Source: Balanoglossus misakiensis (Eukaryota > Animalia > Hemichordata). Taken from it: a DNA stretch of 64,000 bases. The stretch spans positions 4,867,009 through 4,931,008 of the forward strand of contig CM082591.2 of assembly GCA_040954595.2 (NCBI GenBank). The letters run 5' to 3'. The notes beneath the pieces were generated by a model, which was not told the origin of the DNA, did not search any database, and saw only the letters and a list, made by a program, of their open reading frames with translations. Position 1 is the stretch's first letter, and each line of letters opens with the position of its first letter. Shown here one piece after another: positions 47,701-63,500 of the stretch. A program made the translations under genes and the position numbers.

Positions 47701-50700
47701 ATCAACTGTGCTAAATTTGCCAGACACGACACAACTTGTGTCCGATATTATTACCTATTTAGATTTTACAACCCCTTTTTACAAGAGAAGAAAGCTAGAT
47801 TTTATTATCACCATTATACATCTCAAATTCACTGCGAGCGTTATACCGTTTCTTTTGTGAAACCTCGTTTTATTCCCCATCACTTCCTGATTGTATTTGG
47901 CTTGTGATAATTACCAATCACCATCTTGAGCCAGGTTTTCCCTGGTCTATCATCAATATATTTCTGTCTGTTGTTGAAATCTCTTTGCCTGTCTCTGCTT
48001 TTCTGTCTATCTATTGGTCTGTCCCTGTCAGTGTGTGTGTCTGACTCCTATATCCTATGGGCTTACTTCAGAAATGTTGGCTCTATGATGCAAAAGGATG
48101 GCATTTTTCAGAATGATTGTTTTAAACGGCCAAGACATGTACAGGGAATTTTTTAAAGGCCATTAGATCGCAGAAGCTGAAGGAATTCTTGCAGATGGCC
48201 ACAGCTTTTAAGTACATGATGATTCTCAGGAACTTTTAAAACTTGTCTTTAAACCTCTTGTTGATCTGAAAACACACAGCTGTAATGGTGAAATGATGTA
48301 CCTGCCAGTGATGATGTCTCTGTAACTGAGATGAAGGGGAGAATAAACACAATCTGCCTCATCAAAGTGGATAATCATTCCTTTATTGTCGTCAGCCAAA
48401 CATCTGGCTGTCAATATTTGGATTAACACTATCCAGGGTACACTGTTAGTTTAAACCCTTCGAACACCACAAATTTTTTCTTGCACTTTTCATATAAAAA
48501 AGGAGAATTTTGCATCAGTGTTTTTGCAGAAAAATAATTATGTTAAACAGCACAAAGTTACAATTTTTGTTACACTGTGATCTAGTTTCATATAAAGCTT
48601 GACTGGTATTTCTTGGCTAGAATCCCGTTGCTATGGTAATTAATCAAATCTCACGAGATCTCACAAAAAGACTGAGAAAATGTAGGTTGCATCTGTGCAA
48701 CAGAGTCGAGTGTAGACGGCATTTCAGCTGCTTAATACAGCCATCGGTATTTTAGAATTTCTGCCCTAATGTCAAATAAAAGAATTTCATAATCGATACA
48801 CTAGCTGTTAACACACTGCCCTATCAATATATCACCAAAGCTGAACATAACACAACTGGGAGATGTAAAATTCAAACATCAGCTTCGAGAATACAGACCA
48901 ACTTCACACAGCGTACATCATAATCTAATTTGACTGTACGTTTATCATGATTGATATGTCATATTTATTTCCAATACACTAGTCTCACCACCTTTGACCT
49001 AAATGTCAAAAATCGCTAAATGTAAGATCTTTCTAACTTTCTTTCAGCCATTTCTCTTTCCTTGACAGACGTAGAAAATCATGAAAATGATTTTTTTCAG
49101 AGATCATATTCTCATTATAAATGTTCTGCTTCTTTTGCATCAACAAGACAGGCATATTAATCCAACAGATCAAGGTGTCTGGCTTATGACGTTGATTGAA
49201 TATGACACATAGAAATAAATTACTCCGGTTCATCAAAACTTCGGCAGATTTGCTATGCAAATTAGACGATTCAACTAATTACTATGAATCATAGCGCGCA
49301 TCTGTGCCAGTGAGGCAGCTAGACTGCGTGGGGTTAAAGGTCATCGTACAACTTCGCATAAATCCAAATTCTTCCATTGATAACATAACGTTGTGTTATT
49401 ATAGCCATATTTCCTCCAGTGATTCATACTGCCATTAATTGACCATCAAGGAGGTAGTCTTTGATGAAATGACTCAGTCACTTTCTGCAAGGGTCAGAAA
49501 GTCAAATTTCTGTCTTATTGATTATGTCTCCATGAATCTAACAGATGTGATGTACACGGCACATCTGCTGTGTACAATCTTGCTTCATTGATGAAAAAAT
49601 AATTTTAATTTTTCACAATTGTCTGACTTCTTAAAGAAGTTAAAGTCAATATAATTACAGACTTTGCCAAACCAGGTTTTTACAAAGTCACAGACACATG
49701 TAATTCTTACATATACAGCTCTAGGGCTATGCATATGTTCACAAAATTAATAAATATTGTGATACACCTAATCTGTTTCCTGCGCTATGATTGGTCAAAT
49801 CAGTGTCATGTGATGTGCGCCATTTTTACATGTGATTCGAACTGTTGCCTGACCAGGCAACAGTTTTGTTGTGCTTGTCCCTTAACGTTGCTGCAAAACC
49901 TATGTACAGACTAGACGATACCGGTATATTTCGTGACGTGTGTTACAGAAACTTGGAATGCCGCGAGGGAGTCTTTAGTTTATCAACTGGGGCAAATATT
50001 CGACGGTCGCAATTTCATCGCCCGTGCCTCATTCATCAACGATATCAATCTCGGCACATACTTCATTATTTCGTCGTTATTGCGTGATGACTGGAATTCA
50101 TCACGGCCACTGGAAGGGCAGCGGAGGCATGCACACATTTGCATATTTATGAGCCCAACATCTGGGCAACCCCCACTGGGCTAATTGTGGCTACACACCA
50201 TAATTTATGATGATCTCTGGGCAGACTTACAAGGAAAGCCACTCATTTACTGAGCCAAATTGCCGAACCTTACAGCTATTGCCATGCTCTGTGGTTCTCT
50301 CTAACATACAGCCGCATTTTTCGACAAGATATATTGGCGTTGATATTGCTGGAACTTTAAACTCTATCTGAAAGTGTTTGAACAGTCTCATAATGTTTTT
50401 CGCATACGAGCAAATCATTCTTTTCACAGCGTGATCTTTGTTTCATAGTTTAGAACTTTCAAGGTTATAATATCATTACTTCTTGTGAAATTCATTACAA
50501 TGAGCCTATTTTAAATTACTAATTTATATGAAAAATGGTAAAATTTGCTTCAAATGATACCTTGTATGATATAAAGGTGGGCTTCCATTTTTTTAATATC
50601 ATGTGAATAGTTTAACATATCAGTATTTACCAAGTAGAACTTAGAATGTGAATTACATGTACTGTGATTGATTTGCATTGAACTGAAATATGCCGAGTCA

Positions 50701-51938
50701 GCATTTTTGTTACCACACTGTACAATGTAGTAATGTTGAGTTGGAGTTACTGGAGCTTTAATACTCATATTAAACAAAAAGTAGAAGTAAAAGATGAAAG
50801 TCAAAAGAAATTATGACTTTGCATGTCGATTTAGAAGGTACTCAGCTAAGTATGTACAGCGGCGACCATAATGGGATTTCGGAAAGTAATGTTTAAGCCA
50901 TGGAAATCCGTTGTAAGTGGTCTTAAAATTCACTTATTGTATTATTATGCTGCATTTCCTAGATGGGTAATTTGTAGTGAATATATAAGTCTGGCTTTTT
51001 CACTTGGCTGCAATTATGCGCCCAGATTGTTTAATCTGGTAGATCAAAAAGTATTGCTTTATAATTATATGTAAGTTGGCTAATGAGGTTGATTTGAAAG
51101 GCGTTCTCTATTTTGGAATTGTGGAAAGGGGATGTCCTCTGTATAATGTAAATATGGTTTACAGGGCCAGTTTTACAAAAGTTGTTATATATGAAAGTAT
51201 AATTGTAATGTTTAGCCGTCAAGGTTTTCTTTTTACATAACTTATAAAAAGCGCATTACTTTCGCCCCAGTGGTACAATAACCGCTCCAGAAATATGACC
51301 TCCATTTTTCTAAAAATGACAAGGAACCACACCGCAAAGAGAATCAAATCTGCATAGGTTAATTCCTATACACAGATCAACTAGGTTAAGTTGACGTCAC
51401 GACGCGAAGGAGTTATATTAGTAACGCACATCACAAGGTTATTTGCAACATTTGTAGCAAGCGTACGATGATCACGTTAGGGTACGGCTTGACCTCTGAC
51501 CCTGCAACCCGAAGGTTGGTGAATTACATGCGACGAAAACATCACCACCGACCAACTTGCTGAATTAAACAGGGTCAGAAAGTCAAACTCCCTGCCGAGG
51601 GGCAATCAATTCTGTCGACAGTCGAACAATTTGCTAAAAATACAAACTCGGCTACATTTATAAACCCAGCCAAGCTGCCATAGGATTTAGACGACTTGAA
51701 AAGCAGCCGTGAAATATTAGCCATTTGTCAGAATCTAGCTGTTAACTGAAGCAACGCGAGTCGCTCGAAGAAAACGCACACATTGCTAATAAAATTAAAT
51801 TCTACTCCCCTAGCCAACACCCTACTAAAGTAGTTTGCTAAATTACGTAAATATCATTTAAATTTCGTGGCACGAAGATTTGCACAGTGTACCATTTTCT
51901 TACATTTCCGATCAGCAACTAGGAATTACTGGACTCAC

Positions 51939-51977
51939 CCACGCGGCAGCACCAAATAAATTTGTTGTTTCCCGATT
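51939..51977 (-). other. Candidate 39-nt exon, possibly 5' UTR of tetraspanin B
   Basis: Poly-T acceptor (T)ncag and donor TGG|gtgagt, no ATG. Confidence 0.4.
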
Positions 51978-54900
51978 CTGAAAAAAAAACTGAACAAAGG
52001 TTGGTGGGTGAAAAATCAATACCGAACAATACTTATGTTTTATACACTAGAAATCACTGATTGTTTCATAATTTTAATTATCATTCGTATTTACTGCTCT
52101 CATGAGACACCATTTCTGATTGGCTCCTCCATTGCATTTTCGTAGAAATTGTACCACACACACCCTCCCTTTCCATCATGGTTGTCTGCAAACTCCACCT
52201 AGCCTCAGAAACGCATGCAGCAGTTGACGTAAAGAGGCTCACAGTTTACGACAACGATGCGCCAAACCTTAAATCTTTCGAAATCGGTCTATAAGTGAAG
52301 TATCACTTTCAGCTGAAGTCAATATCCCTCAGAATGGACGATAAATAAAGTATTTAGCTGTATAAACAGCGGCGACCTATCAAGTCAGAACTGGAATGTG
52401 AAATCGCTTTATGTGTGACCTTACCATCAAATGAACGACACAATACATCCTAGTATGCAGTCATTTTATCTGTTTTAACGATCGCTCTTCAAGAGCGATC
52501 CAGACCTTTACAGCACTGGTATGATCATAATTTGACACCCTACCTGACCAATGACATTGAGTTAGGGGTTACAATTAAGTATCATTTCAATGTGCAAATA
52601 AAGGGCACCACTGAATCAAATATATCCACTGAAGACTTTCATATCTGTATAAAGCAAATGATAGCTAGACAACATTGTAACAGACCAATAGATATGTTAC
52701 CTGTCCCACACATATGACACATCCGAACCTTCAGACAAAATTTCACATTGCTGAAATCGCTAAAATTTGGAAATCAAAATTTAAACTGGGAAATTTTAAA
52801 AATTGATGAATTGTTGCTTTTTGGGGGGAGGAGGGGTCAATTTTGATATTTGATAGCTAGCTCGACTTGGTGTCTTTTCACCGAGTTACATATGCTAATG
52901 AGATCGCTGATTTCTGTATCTCGAACAACACCCAGCCATATACAGCACTTTGTCTGAACAGCCAGTTAGACAGAGAAAAAACACTCAGCATCAATTCATT
53001 TCTGAACGCCCTGCAGCAAAACACTCATTAATCCACAAATCAGACAACTCATACAACTACTCTGTCATAGGTGTGTCTGTTTGCGCCCGATACGACTAAA
53101 CACGATTTAACGCGCCCGTAATTTCAACCGAACGACAGTGAACTTTATTTTGCTGATTTGATGGAGTGACTGGGGGTTGTAAAAAGCTAATGGGTCGGCG
53201 TTATTTCTACACGCACCTTTGTGCCATTGAACTTCGCGCATTGATTGAATTACGGTCGGTGACGCTGTAGGTTAATGGCGTCCATCCGACACCTAGGTAT
53301 ATATCACACATTAAACTGACTTGATTCTATTGATTTTTACAACTACGAGTTCATGTACATTTGTCAAAGTAATCATTTGGGATTTAGAAGTGACCTCGAC
53401 ACAACACGGGATATGGATGACAATTTCATGAGTCCTGTCTGTGAGTGTGGCCTAATTAAAGGACTAGCAATAGTATACGACCACTTCTAATTTACATACA
53501 TGTATGTCCGTATATGGTTTAAAAGGCGCGTCTGAATCTTCGAAATGACTGTTTATAGCGACACACATTTTTTAAGTGGCACCCCGTGAAATTCTGTGAT
53601 TGGCTAGATCACCACCTTCCATGCATGACAACTGTGGCTAAACTTTGTGCATCTGTCAATTTTCACACATGACATAGTCCCCATACCGATCATAGCAAAG
53701 CGCTGTTACATGAAAATCTGTTGGAAATGTCTGCATGATCTCCAGTTAAAAACGCCTAGCGATACAATCGCTCAACACTGACTATACCGTCGTCGTAATA
53801 GATCATATCCACATCCCTGATTATCCAGTCTCCGACTTCTCATATTTTCCATGCTCCCTTGCCAACCTAATCATAAAGGTGCCCTACTTCGCACTGCCCT
53901 CTTAGTCTGTCTGTCAATATTTCCATTGCGCTGCTAACATCACTTCACAGAACCCTGCTCCGTCACACCTCTGAATGCAATGATCGATGTACACCAATTA
54001 TAACCGTCCATTACAAATCGATAGCTGACTCACTGAGAATGCAAAAACATGTCGACCAAAATTCATTTTACGAGTAATCGTACAATCTCATGTTCTTGCA
54101 GGTATTTGCGTATTTTCTATTATTGCTACATAAATATAATTTTTTCTCTCTTTTTGAGTTTTATATTCTTTCTGGTTTTAATATTCTTATGAAATTACGT
54201 TAACTTGATATCTGATTCTTCTATTTCCTATATTCATACAAATTTATTTCGTTCGGACGCATACCGTACGACAGATAAATTTGCAAAATGGCCGCCCGCA
54301 GACGCGATGGACAGAGACGATTTACACCGCAGGAAAATGAAACCATCACTGCTGCATGATATCATATTCCTGTAGGCATGAAATCAATTACTGTGGTGAA
54401 GCCGATACAGCTATCTCGAACACTCAGCTGCCAGAAACTATTACCTTCACAAGTGCAGTCAGGATCCCTCAGACAGAGATATGAACAGAATCTGGATTGT
54501 CGGGCATTTTGCGATCAAATCTGATGGAAAACGCACTTCTGCAAAAATTTGTTATATTTTTAATGATGTATACCAAAAATTTCATTTATACAAATTATAA
54601 TATGTCAAATATGAATATTTTGGTTTCTCCCCATAAAACCACTTTAATAGCCCTTTCACCCCTATTTTGTAGTCCCACTCGATTAATCAGCACAATAAGA
54701 CACACCAAAATTAGGAGGATGTTAAAAAAAGTTATGAAAATCACAAATTATTGAATTGCAGGTTCGCAATTGACTTACATTTACAAATTGACATCACACA
54801 AAAATTACAGGGATGTTTAAAGTAAAAGTCGAGAATATCCCAAATTTTTGGATTTTCGGATTCAAAGCTGACTGGGTGTGTATTTTTAAGAGGTCAGTCA

Positions 54901-55716
54901 CTTTCTATGTGAGAGTGACTATAAACATGGGTGTTACCTCCATATCTACGCACATACATAACACCTCTCCACAATGAAATTTTATTTGCAGGTATTTTTA
55001 CCCCTTTGTGTTGGCCCCATAACAGTGACGTCACAACCCAGCCACTCCTGATCTGTTACATCCTGCTGAAAACGCCATAAAAGACTTCATTCCCGTTATA
55101 ACCGTAAACAAAACCCAGCAATGAAATATTCATTTCTCATAATGGCAACTACCTCACTCCAGGTGTCTGATCATTCTCCTGGGGCAATCATTTTTTATTA
55201 AGGTCGTTCATCCTGCGAAGGTCAAGTACGCCAAACTGACTTTAATGATTTCATTGCCGTTTGCAAATACTAAATTCAAACAAATAAAAAAAATATGACT
55301 GATGGCGTAAAATATTGTACCTGTCTGATTCCAGTGTACACACTGAATAGTTAATGTTTGACAATCGTGCAGGCGACCTCCATCCCGTAGTTCAACCAAC
55401 CTCGCAAATCTTGCTTTTTCTTACATTTCTACTCAAGTGACAAAATCTTTCTCGGTCTGGTAAACTGCTGTATCACTGGAACACAAGTTTTAATTTCGTT
55501 ACATCGCCCCTGGCAACAGTCTGATGGAGGTGATTACAGTGTTTCACGGAGCTGAGTCCGACAACCAGACTTTTTCGGTCAAAAAAAACGACGCCATGTT
55601 GAAATCAGCACCGGTTTTCTGCCTGCCCTCGTCCAGTCCGGTACCTGTGTACAGATTCATGTTTCTCATCCACGAACAAGTCAATATTTTCTCTTTAAAA
55701 ACCTAACCTATATTAA

Positions 55717-55787
55717 CCCTTTCTGGCCGGATATCCTATATATAGGAGAAATTTGGGTACGTCCCCAGAAAGCCTGGCTAGAAAGGG
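55717..55787. mobile_element. ~70-bp piggyBac-like MITE
   Basis: TTAA|CCCTTTCTGGCC...GGCTAGAAAGGG|TTAA. Confidence 0.7.
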
Positions 55788-56593
55788 TTAAACTAAAAGG
55801 GAAAAAGCCTCTCTCTCGCAGCCTTTTTTGCATTATATTTGATACAAGACACCCTTTATGTTATTCTACATATGGATGTATAGTGAATCAACGTTCGACC
55901 ACACACAACTTCCATCCCGTTTGTAGGATATGAGAGTAAAAATCTCGCCAAAATGAACGTTAAAAGAACCTCTATAAACTGGACACCTCTGCAAACCGAA
56001 CAATTTCGTCAGTGCCTTTGGTGTTCGGTTTAGACAGGTTTTACTGCACTACACTCAAGTGAGTTTCAGAAAATGTAGCCATTTCGTTATTTTCTATTTC
56101 TCCTTTTTTCTGGCAAGGAACCATCATGTCATTAGGCCTTACAATGAGAAACCAACATTATCACCCACACTGTCGAGGTCACCTGTTAAATTTAATAAAC
56201 GCGCAAATTTCCTGCCAGTCCTAAGAACTGTCAAAGAAATTACCAATTGCGACAATCTTCGAACGAGCCATGAAATCGTATCCTTGAAAGCATCCATGTT
56301 ATTGGGAATTTTTCTTTCAGTGTCTATAGTATCAGGCTTGTAATGTCAACATCTTTTATGACTTCAGAGCAGCTGAAGGTTGTACTGCACCAACCATGTA
56401 GCGGACACGGAGCCCCTAAATCTTTCACTGATATTTGAAATTTTATAGTGCAAACACTTCTTTAATCGTTATGCTGTTTAAAGAGTAGAGTAATGACGTG
56501 CGCATATAAAATGAATGAAAGGGTTTATCGCTCTCCATGTTTCATCAGGACTTGCAACGTAAGTAAGGGCCATCACCGAGATCAAAGCATTAA

Positions 56594-56905
56594 AGCCCCT
56601 ATAGCTGCCAAATTTCAAATATTTTTTTAGACAGAAAAATACTAATTCAAATATATTCCCTATCTTCTAAAATCCTCACCATTAAGCCATACTACTACTT
56701 GCATTTGCATCAGTTTGTCATCTCTTGACGACGCATACCACGATAGCTGTGTACTGTTTGTATGGAGGCTGATTAAATCGGTGTGGCACAATCAGGCATC
56801 GATAAGGTGTTCATGTATACCTTCAGTAAGCTTATTTAGATGGACCAATTTAAGTTGGAAAATAAAATCATGAAAACAATGCAAAAAGTGGCAGCTATAG
56901 AGGCT
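56594..56905. mobile_element. TTAA-flanked MITE, Kolobok-like
   Basis: TTAA|AGCCCCTATAGCTGCCA...TGGCAGCTATAGAGGCT|TTAA. Confidence 0.75.
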
Positions 56906-58279
56906 TTAAATACTAAACACACAGTCAGAGATAATGGTTTTGTTATGAAAATCTCACATCAGAATCTGTGCATTAAGGTATAAGCTTCACAACTCACCAG
57001 ACCTAAAGGAGAATATCAGGGATTTTCAGCTAATGCCCGTTACGATGGTCTGAAAAAATGTCTGATCATTATTCACGTTTGGTACATCACAATACATTGC
57101 TTAAAAATAACACAAAGTTTTACGTGCATAATTTTGCGAGACGTGTTTCTGGTCTATCTTTCATGCATATCTTGTGACTGACAGTTCCAAATATGGCTCA
57201 CCTGTTGTGCAAACCTTATGCTATTTCCAATATGGCATGTCTGTTAATATAATACAAATATAGCTGCATTTCTAAATATAATATGTCTCTTACACGAATG
57301 TTGCTGTATTACGAAACACGGCTTGTTTGTTGCGCAAATTTCAAGACTTACATTTTTTTTTGTCAATTTGTCAATATTTATGGAGTTAAATTAAATTAAA
57401 TTAAATTTTCTCACTCTGTAATACAGTATCTTTGAGGCAAAATGATTTTTAATACATACAATGCTTCCAAGATTTCCAACAGAGTTGTACAAGCTCTAGA
57501 CAATCAAATATACCTGTACTGAACACACATACACAAACAAGCCACTGGATTTTTCACGCTACTGCGATCACAGATTGTTCTATGGTACTTTATGGTCAAT
57601 AAATACAAGTTATATCTCCACAGTTACATGTCAGACAGTGCCAGTGTTCGGGAATTTATGACTATGGCCGTGCATCTAACAGCAATATATTGTCTGACAG
57701 AAACAAAAACGTATGCTACATATGTTTTATCTCCTCAAGGTGAGTTGTCACCCTGTTCCAATGAATAAATTACGCACTCAAAAAGCCTTGCCAAAATATA
57801 CCCCAAACGGAATTATTTTTAACAACAGTTTTCTCTTATTCTCTCACCCATCTCCCTTCAAGTTCAAACGACCACAGCACTTACGTGTGACAGCGCAAAA
57901 TCCTATTCTATGCAACATTTACAGTTCATCGTCCGTAGTTACTATAGAAACCTGTAACTTGTAACTGCCTAGTTAGTGATCTACAGAAATATTGATATTG
58001 GACTGCACTCAAAGCATACGGCCTGTCAATAAAATTTATTGCTGGTGTACTAGAATGCTGTGAATTTTATTGCCTCTTTTATCATTGACAGGCAAACATT
58101 CTTATCTTTTCAGATTTATTTTTGAGGGTTGGGCATGTCAGATTGTTGTGCTGGCCTTTGTCACTGGCTTTGGCAGATCAATTTCACACAGGGTTACAAT
58201 ACCGGTACAAAGGCATATTTATTAATAGAAATATTTCATGGCCATATGTACAGTGTATGAGAAATAATATAGAAATGTA

Positions 58280-58430
58280 ATGTATGTATGTGTGTATGTG
58301 TGTATGTATGTATGTATGTATGTATGTATGTATGTATGTATGTATGTATGTATGTATGTATGTATGTATGTATGTATGTATGTATGTATGTATGTATGTA
58401 TGTATGTATGTATGTATGTATGTATGTATG
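58280..58430. repeat. (TATG)n microsatellite
   Basis: Long near-perfect tatg run that produces the spurious YIHT/MYVC ORFs. Confidence 0.97.
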
Positions 58431-59231
58431 TTTTCCATTTTTCAGGTCAAACCTCAATTTCTGTCAAAGTACAGATGACCTTTTGGCTGTCTTCATCAAG
58501 TTCATGATATTAACACTCACACAGTTGAAACAACTTTGTCGACATCCAAATCTGTCAAACACTTCAAAGAAACATTCTCATTTCAGAAATCATCGCCCTG
58601 ACAGTAAAAAATACAATTTCAATAATGTTCAGCCACTTGTAAAATCTGAGTGATGGATCTAATAAAAGATGTTCTCCATCTTAATTTTCCCGAGGGAAGC
58701 TGTAATCTTGGAGTGTATGGGGATTTGAAGTCTGAGAGTGTTTGATTGCATAGAAGAATTCTCTGGGTGTGTTGTTGTACATACTGACAACTGTACACTT
58801 ATTCTGAAACTTCTCCAGTTTTGTGGGTTGTGAGTCAGGCTGCATGATGATGGCTTTTGGGGAAATGCAATAATTTCATAGGCAGGCCAACAATGTCGAC
58901 AAACATAGAAATTACATTTTAAAAAATGTTAAACTTTTTGAAGAAATCAAAAATTCACATTTCATGATATCAGAAGAGATTTAATCAATTTTCCGTGACT
59001 TTCCAGGAGTAAACTCCATTTTTCCAATACTTTCTAACTAGTAAGAGTGGTTTAGAATTCCGGGAATTTCCAGCTCAGCATACCAGGAGACGTCTGGCAT
59101 CAGTCGTTGTTCTATTAAAAGTTGAACAGGATTTTCCCTGTGTTTGGAATATCGTAAAGAAAACATGAAATCTCCATCCCAAGGAGTCTGTAACAGGCAG
59201 ATTGTGTTGTAATTAACCCTATCAGTCTTAA

Positions 59232-59389
59232 AGGTATACGGCCTCCAATTTGCATACGTGCATAGATGGCTGAAATGGCATATTTGAGCGTTCTAAAGAA
59301 CCAGTGCCACCCACTGAAAATCCGTGATTGGCTAGATCTCAATTCGCCATGGTAACTATAGCTAATTTTCCATAGGTGACCATATACCT
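59232..59389. mobile_element. TTAA-flanked MITE, Kolobok-like
   Basis: TTAA|AGGTATACGG...CCATATACCT|TTAA, with related fragments at 36137-36225 and ~53575-53612. Confidence 0.7.
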
Positions 59390-60500
59390 TTAAACCCTTA
59401 CTGGAACCAGGAAGTCAAGGCTGAAAGGGCTAGACATGACACTGACTTCTGTCTGCAAGGGCACCAGAAATGTACGGACTGGTGTTACAAGCTAAATTTG
59501 CCCGCTGATTGACTCGCACAGAGCATTGAAGGAAGTGCAAGCTGGCAGCTATGCGTTTGTAGCCTCTGATTTAATCAAATTCCACTTTATTTTCCCTTCA
59601 GACATCCTGTCCCTCTGACGGCACATTTGCTTTTATTGCCAACGTGTCATTACACATGCATTGCTTTGGTATATGAAGCGTATTTGCCAAACTTCACATT
59701 TTTTATGTTCTTCGCTTAATATTACTATGCTGGTCTGCCTGCTATGCGATCAAATACAATAATAACAGTGTGCTGTATTTGCATTGTATTGCATTGTATT
59801 ATAATAACACATGATAGCGAGTATATCGCCTACTAAATTGGCTTTTTCTATGCATTCTACAAATTAGCATATTCAAGAATAATTCTATAGCTACACAGCA
59901 GATTAAGCTAATTCTACTGTCAGATGAGTACAATAATAATTGTCAGCATGAATGGTAATTAATACAGCACAAATATTAGATTCACGGATTACCTTTTGTT
60001 TTCAGATTTTATTTATAACAAAGCTATTTCAATACTGATGCGAAACACTAGTGAAGGACTTGTTCATATCAACTCTTGAAACATACATGTATTCATTCAT
60101 GAAGCTCCACACACCAGAGACTGATGCGGATTGTGTTTCAGATACGCAATCAGTTCATCAAATACTGGGTCGCGACGTACGATCTGGGGTTATGGCCTGG
60201 GAAGTGGGAATGTACTGGGACAGACAGCATGTGGTGAGAAATGCCATAGTATTTGATAATTTGTTTTTTCCTTATTTCACGTACAGTGGAAGTTACAACT
60301 ATGTCACTTTTCAAGACAACTTCAGCCTGGTATTGACTATTCTGAATACATATCAATGTACTAGGGCCCAGCACATTGACTAAAATTATGTGTTGAAGAT
60401 AGGGACAGATAGAAATTCTTTCTTTTCTTCTCGTCCCAAATCAACCAGAAACAAAAATGTGTGATCACAAAAGTGCAGTTGGGAAGGTTGATTAACCCAA

Positions 60501-60585
60501 CCCTTTCACCACAATGGTCCAGTCCAAACTCATTGTTTTATATGGTAAGTTTGGACCTCTACTAAAGAGTGGGGGGTGAAAGGGT
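60501..60585. mobile_element. ~90-bp MITE, copy 2
   Basis: CCCTTTCACC...GGTGAAAGGG ends, internal sequence matches 23594-23680. Confidence 0.65.
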
Positions 60586-63500
60586 TGGGGTTGAGGTGTG
60601 GCTAAAACAGCACACAGTTGACCTTCTCACCCCCACAAAACTGAATAGTTTACTTTGGGGCGTGCCAAACAAAAATCAATAAATATGCTTTGTTTTCGCA
60701 CTGTGCTGGTTCAAGTAGCGACCCCTATTGTCAAAACCAGCTTCTGTTCAACTTCCAGGTGAATATGTTTGCAGTACGTGTCAGCAACGCGTACGTTGAA
60801 ATAATTTTCACTGGGAAATGCGGGTATTTCGTGACATAAAACTAACACCAGAGTGGTTCCAAAATAACCTTGTTGATCTGAAGAGTTTGTGGGACCGAAA
60901 TATCGCCAGTAGAGGCTTGACCAGACGACAGCAGCGCAGCGCTGGACTGATATGATGTGCACTGTTATATTTTATAGATCGATGACACGTATGTAAAAGG
61001 TCCCCACCCATTGTCCAGGTCAACCTGCGCTTGTCTCTATGATATCAACACGCGAATTCGGGTGAAATTGCCACCACTTGTAGACATTGCCGAGATTTTC
61101 GTTAACTATCGGAGCTTCTGCTCCGTTGTCAGGTCCCCAAATCCGTTACCAAGAGCGAAATTATAATATTAAATTGACTTGAAAATACAATTACGCGATA
61201 TCAGCCTATCACAACCAACTTTCCATTTCGAGCGCTCGGTACGATCGCTTAAAATTCTCTATACTACAAAACCTGGGCAATATTGCGCTTTTTTAGTGAT
61301 TCTGCGGGTAGAATACCCATTGAAGTGTCTGAAACTGCGAGACGGTGAGCTTATAAGCCCGGTTTTAAGTGAAACAGCACTGAAATTTGTCGTAACATAC
61401 CTTGTGATCCTTTCGTTTGCCAGCAAGGGCGTCGACATCGAAGAACAACATTAGGTCAGTGGCACTACTAGAGGGCGCTCTCACTTTCGCCATTTTCTTT
61501 GAGCTGAAGAGGGCGATCTGTCGTACCTCGAAATGTTTCAGGCGTTGTAGTCGAGATAAATAAATATTAGGGGCTCGCAAGTCTTTACAGAAACTTTGTT
61601 CGAGAGTTACTACGACTTAATATTGCAATTTTCAAACACGTTGTTCAGCGTAGAGCATCGTATAGGCGGTCAGAAATGGACAAGATCTTGGTCACGCTGT
61701 ACCAACATTTCATTCCTAATCTTCAAAATACTGTTTCTATGTGCATACATTTCAGTCACTCAGTCGATCTGCTTTTATATCTGTTGAAAGATATGACTAT
61801 TCTCGGTCATCATAGGTTATCATAGAAAAATTATGCATGATCACCAGTTACAGAAATGTTTGGGGAAAAGACACCATGATAATATGTGTGGTTGACATTG
61901 ATCATAGTTGCACCTATTTTTTTTAAATGTGTTTCTCCACATCATATGGTAATGTAGAAACTGTTGTATATCAAGTGGCACTATCCGACAAATAATACCT
62001 GTAGTTTTGAGAAACAAATACAAAGAAAGTAGAACAAATGTGTAATTTACAAATGACAGAATGTAGACTCCTGCCTTGAAGAAATGATTCATACATCAGT
62101 TTTATTTTTTTTGGTCCAAAACAAGGAGATGTCCTGTCTGTTTATTATTAATTGAAAAAAATACCGAAAATTATTAATAGCATAATGTCATGACTTGACA
62201 CAGGCTGATATAAATGATACAGGCACTCAAGACTTCTCATAAGACATACTTTATGCAAACATATGCAATTTCAATGAAATGTATGATTCAAATGAACTTG
62301 ATTCAGAAGAACCAATACTAATGAACAGAAATCAAATAAAAGACATGCAGTACATAGCATTTATGCTGATGAACACTGTGCTTTGCTGAATGAACCAATT
62401 ACAGCAGTAATTTTACACTCGTTCAAATGGACCAATCAGATCTTCAGTACCAATATGCTAATGATACTGTGACGCAAAATAAGCCAATCAGATCATATGT
62501 ATGGTACACCACATCAGGTTCACATTTGCGCAGTAATGTGCCACAAAAACTAAATCTACATTCACAAAGTATGAAGGAAACTGAAATTGCTAGTATATAG
62601 TATATACGCATTATTATTTACACTCCTAAGAAGGAAATAACCCTGAGATGTTGTTAATTATCGTGACAATTTCATTAGATACTATATCCATTTTCAATTG
62701 ATACTGTTAATTATACAGGGGCTCTGATACAATATGAGTTATATATTGGTTTACAAATGCGAATTTCTTAAAAGGGGCCGTCACAATTACTTTGTGATAA
62801 TGGGTTATTTCTTTGTTGCAGGGTGAATGAAGACCTGCACGGACAAAGCACTGAAATTTATATTCATTGGGCAGAACAAAACCTGCCATGATTTGTCACA
62901 AAGAGAAGCAAAATAATAATTATCAAAATATAGTGAGATTTGTCCATTCAGTTATGCTATCAATGTCTCTGAAACTCTTCTTCATGAACCACGACTTTAC
63001 GACGAAAAAAAAAATTAGCGTTGCCAGGAACAGAGGTAAATGACCTGGCTCGCCAGAATGCTTGAACTTTGACCCTGAACACAGACATCAACACATGTGC
63101 ATATTGAGCATTTTATCTGTGTACAGTGTACTAGAAAGATGAGGGTGATTTATTTCACAGAAAAGGATCAAATCATTGGAATATTGCATTATCATTTGAA
63201 ATTCCACTACTGAGCAATCATGGTATCAAAACGGTTACCCCCTGAACACACACCACCAACCATCAGTCAAGGCTAGGGTTAGGGATATGGCTGGAACAAG
63301 TGCATGATGGGTAAAATGTCCAGGGGGTGACAGACCTATAGAACCACACTGACGTTTCCATACCAAATCAGTGTATACTGAATAAATATCTTATTACTCA
63401 CTAGAGCCATAGCTAATAAACATAATTCACCAGTAAAAAATATATCCTAACATACAAACTAAAGAATCAATTATTCAAAATGAATTAAAACTTTTTAATT

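Noticed and set aside
58184-58653. Several ORFs with YIHT/MYVC repeats
   Set aside because: Translation artefacts of the (TATG)n microsatellite
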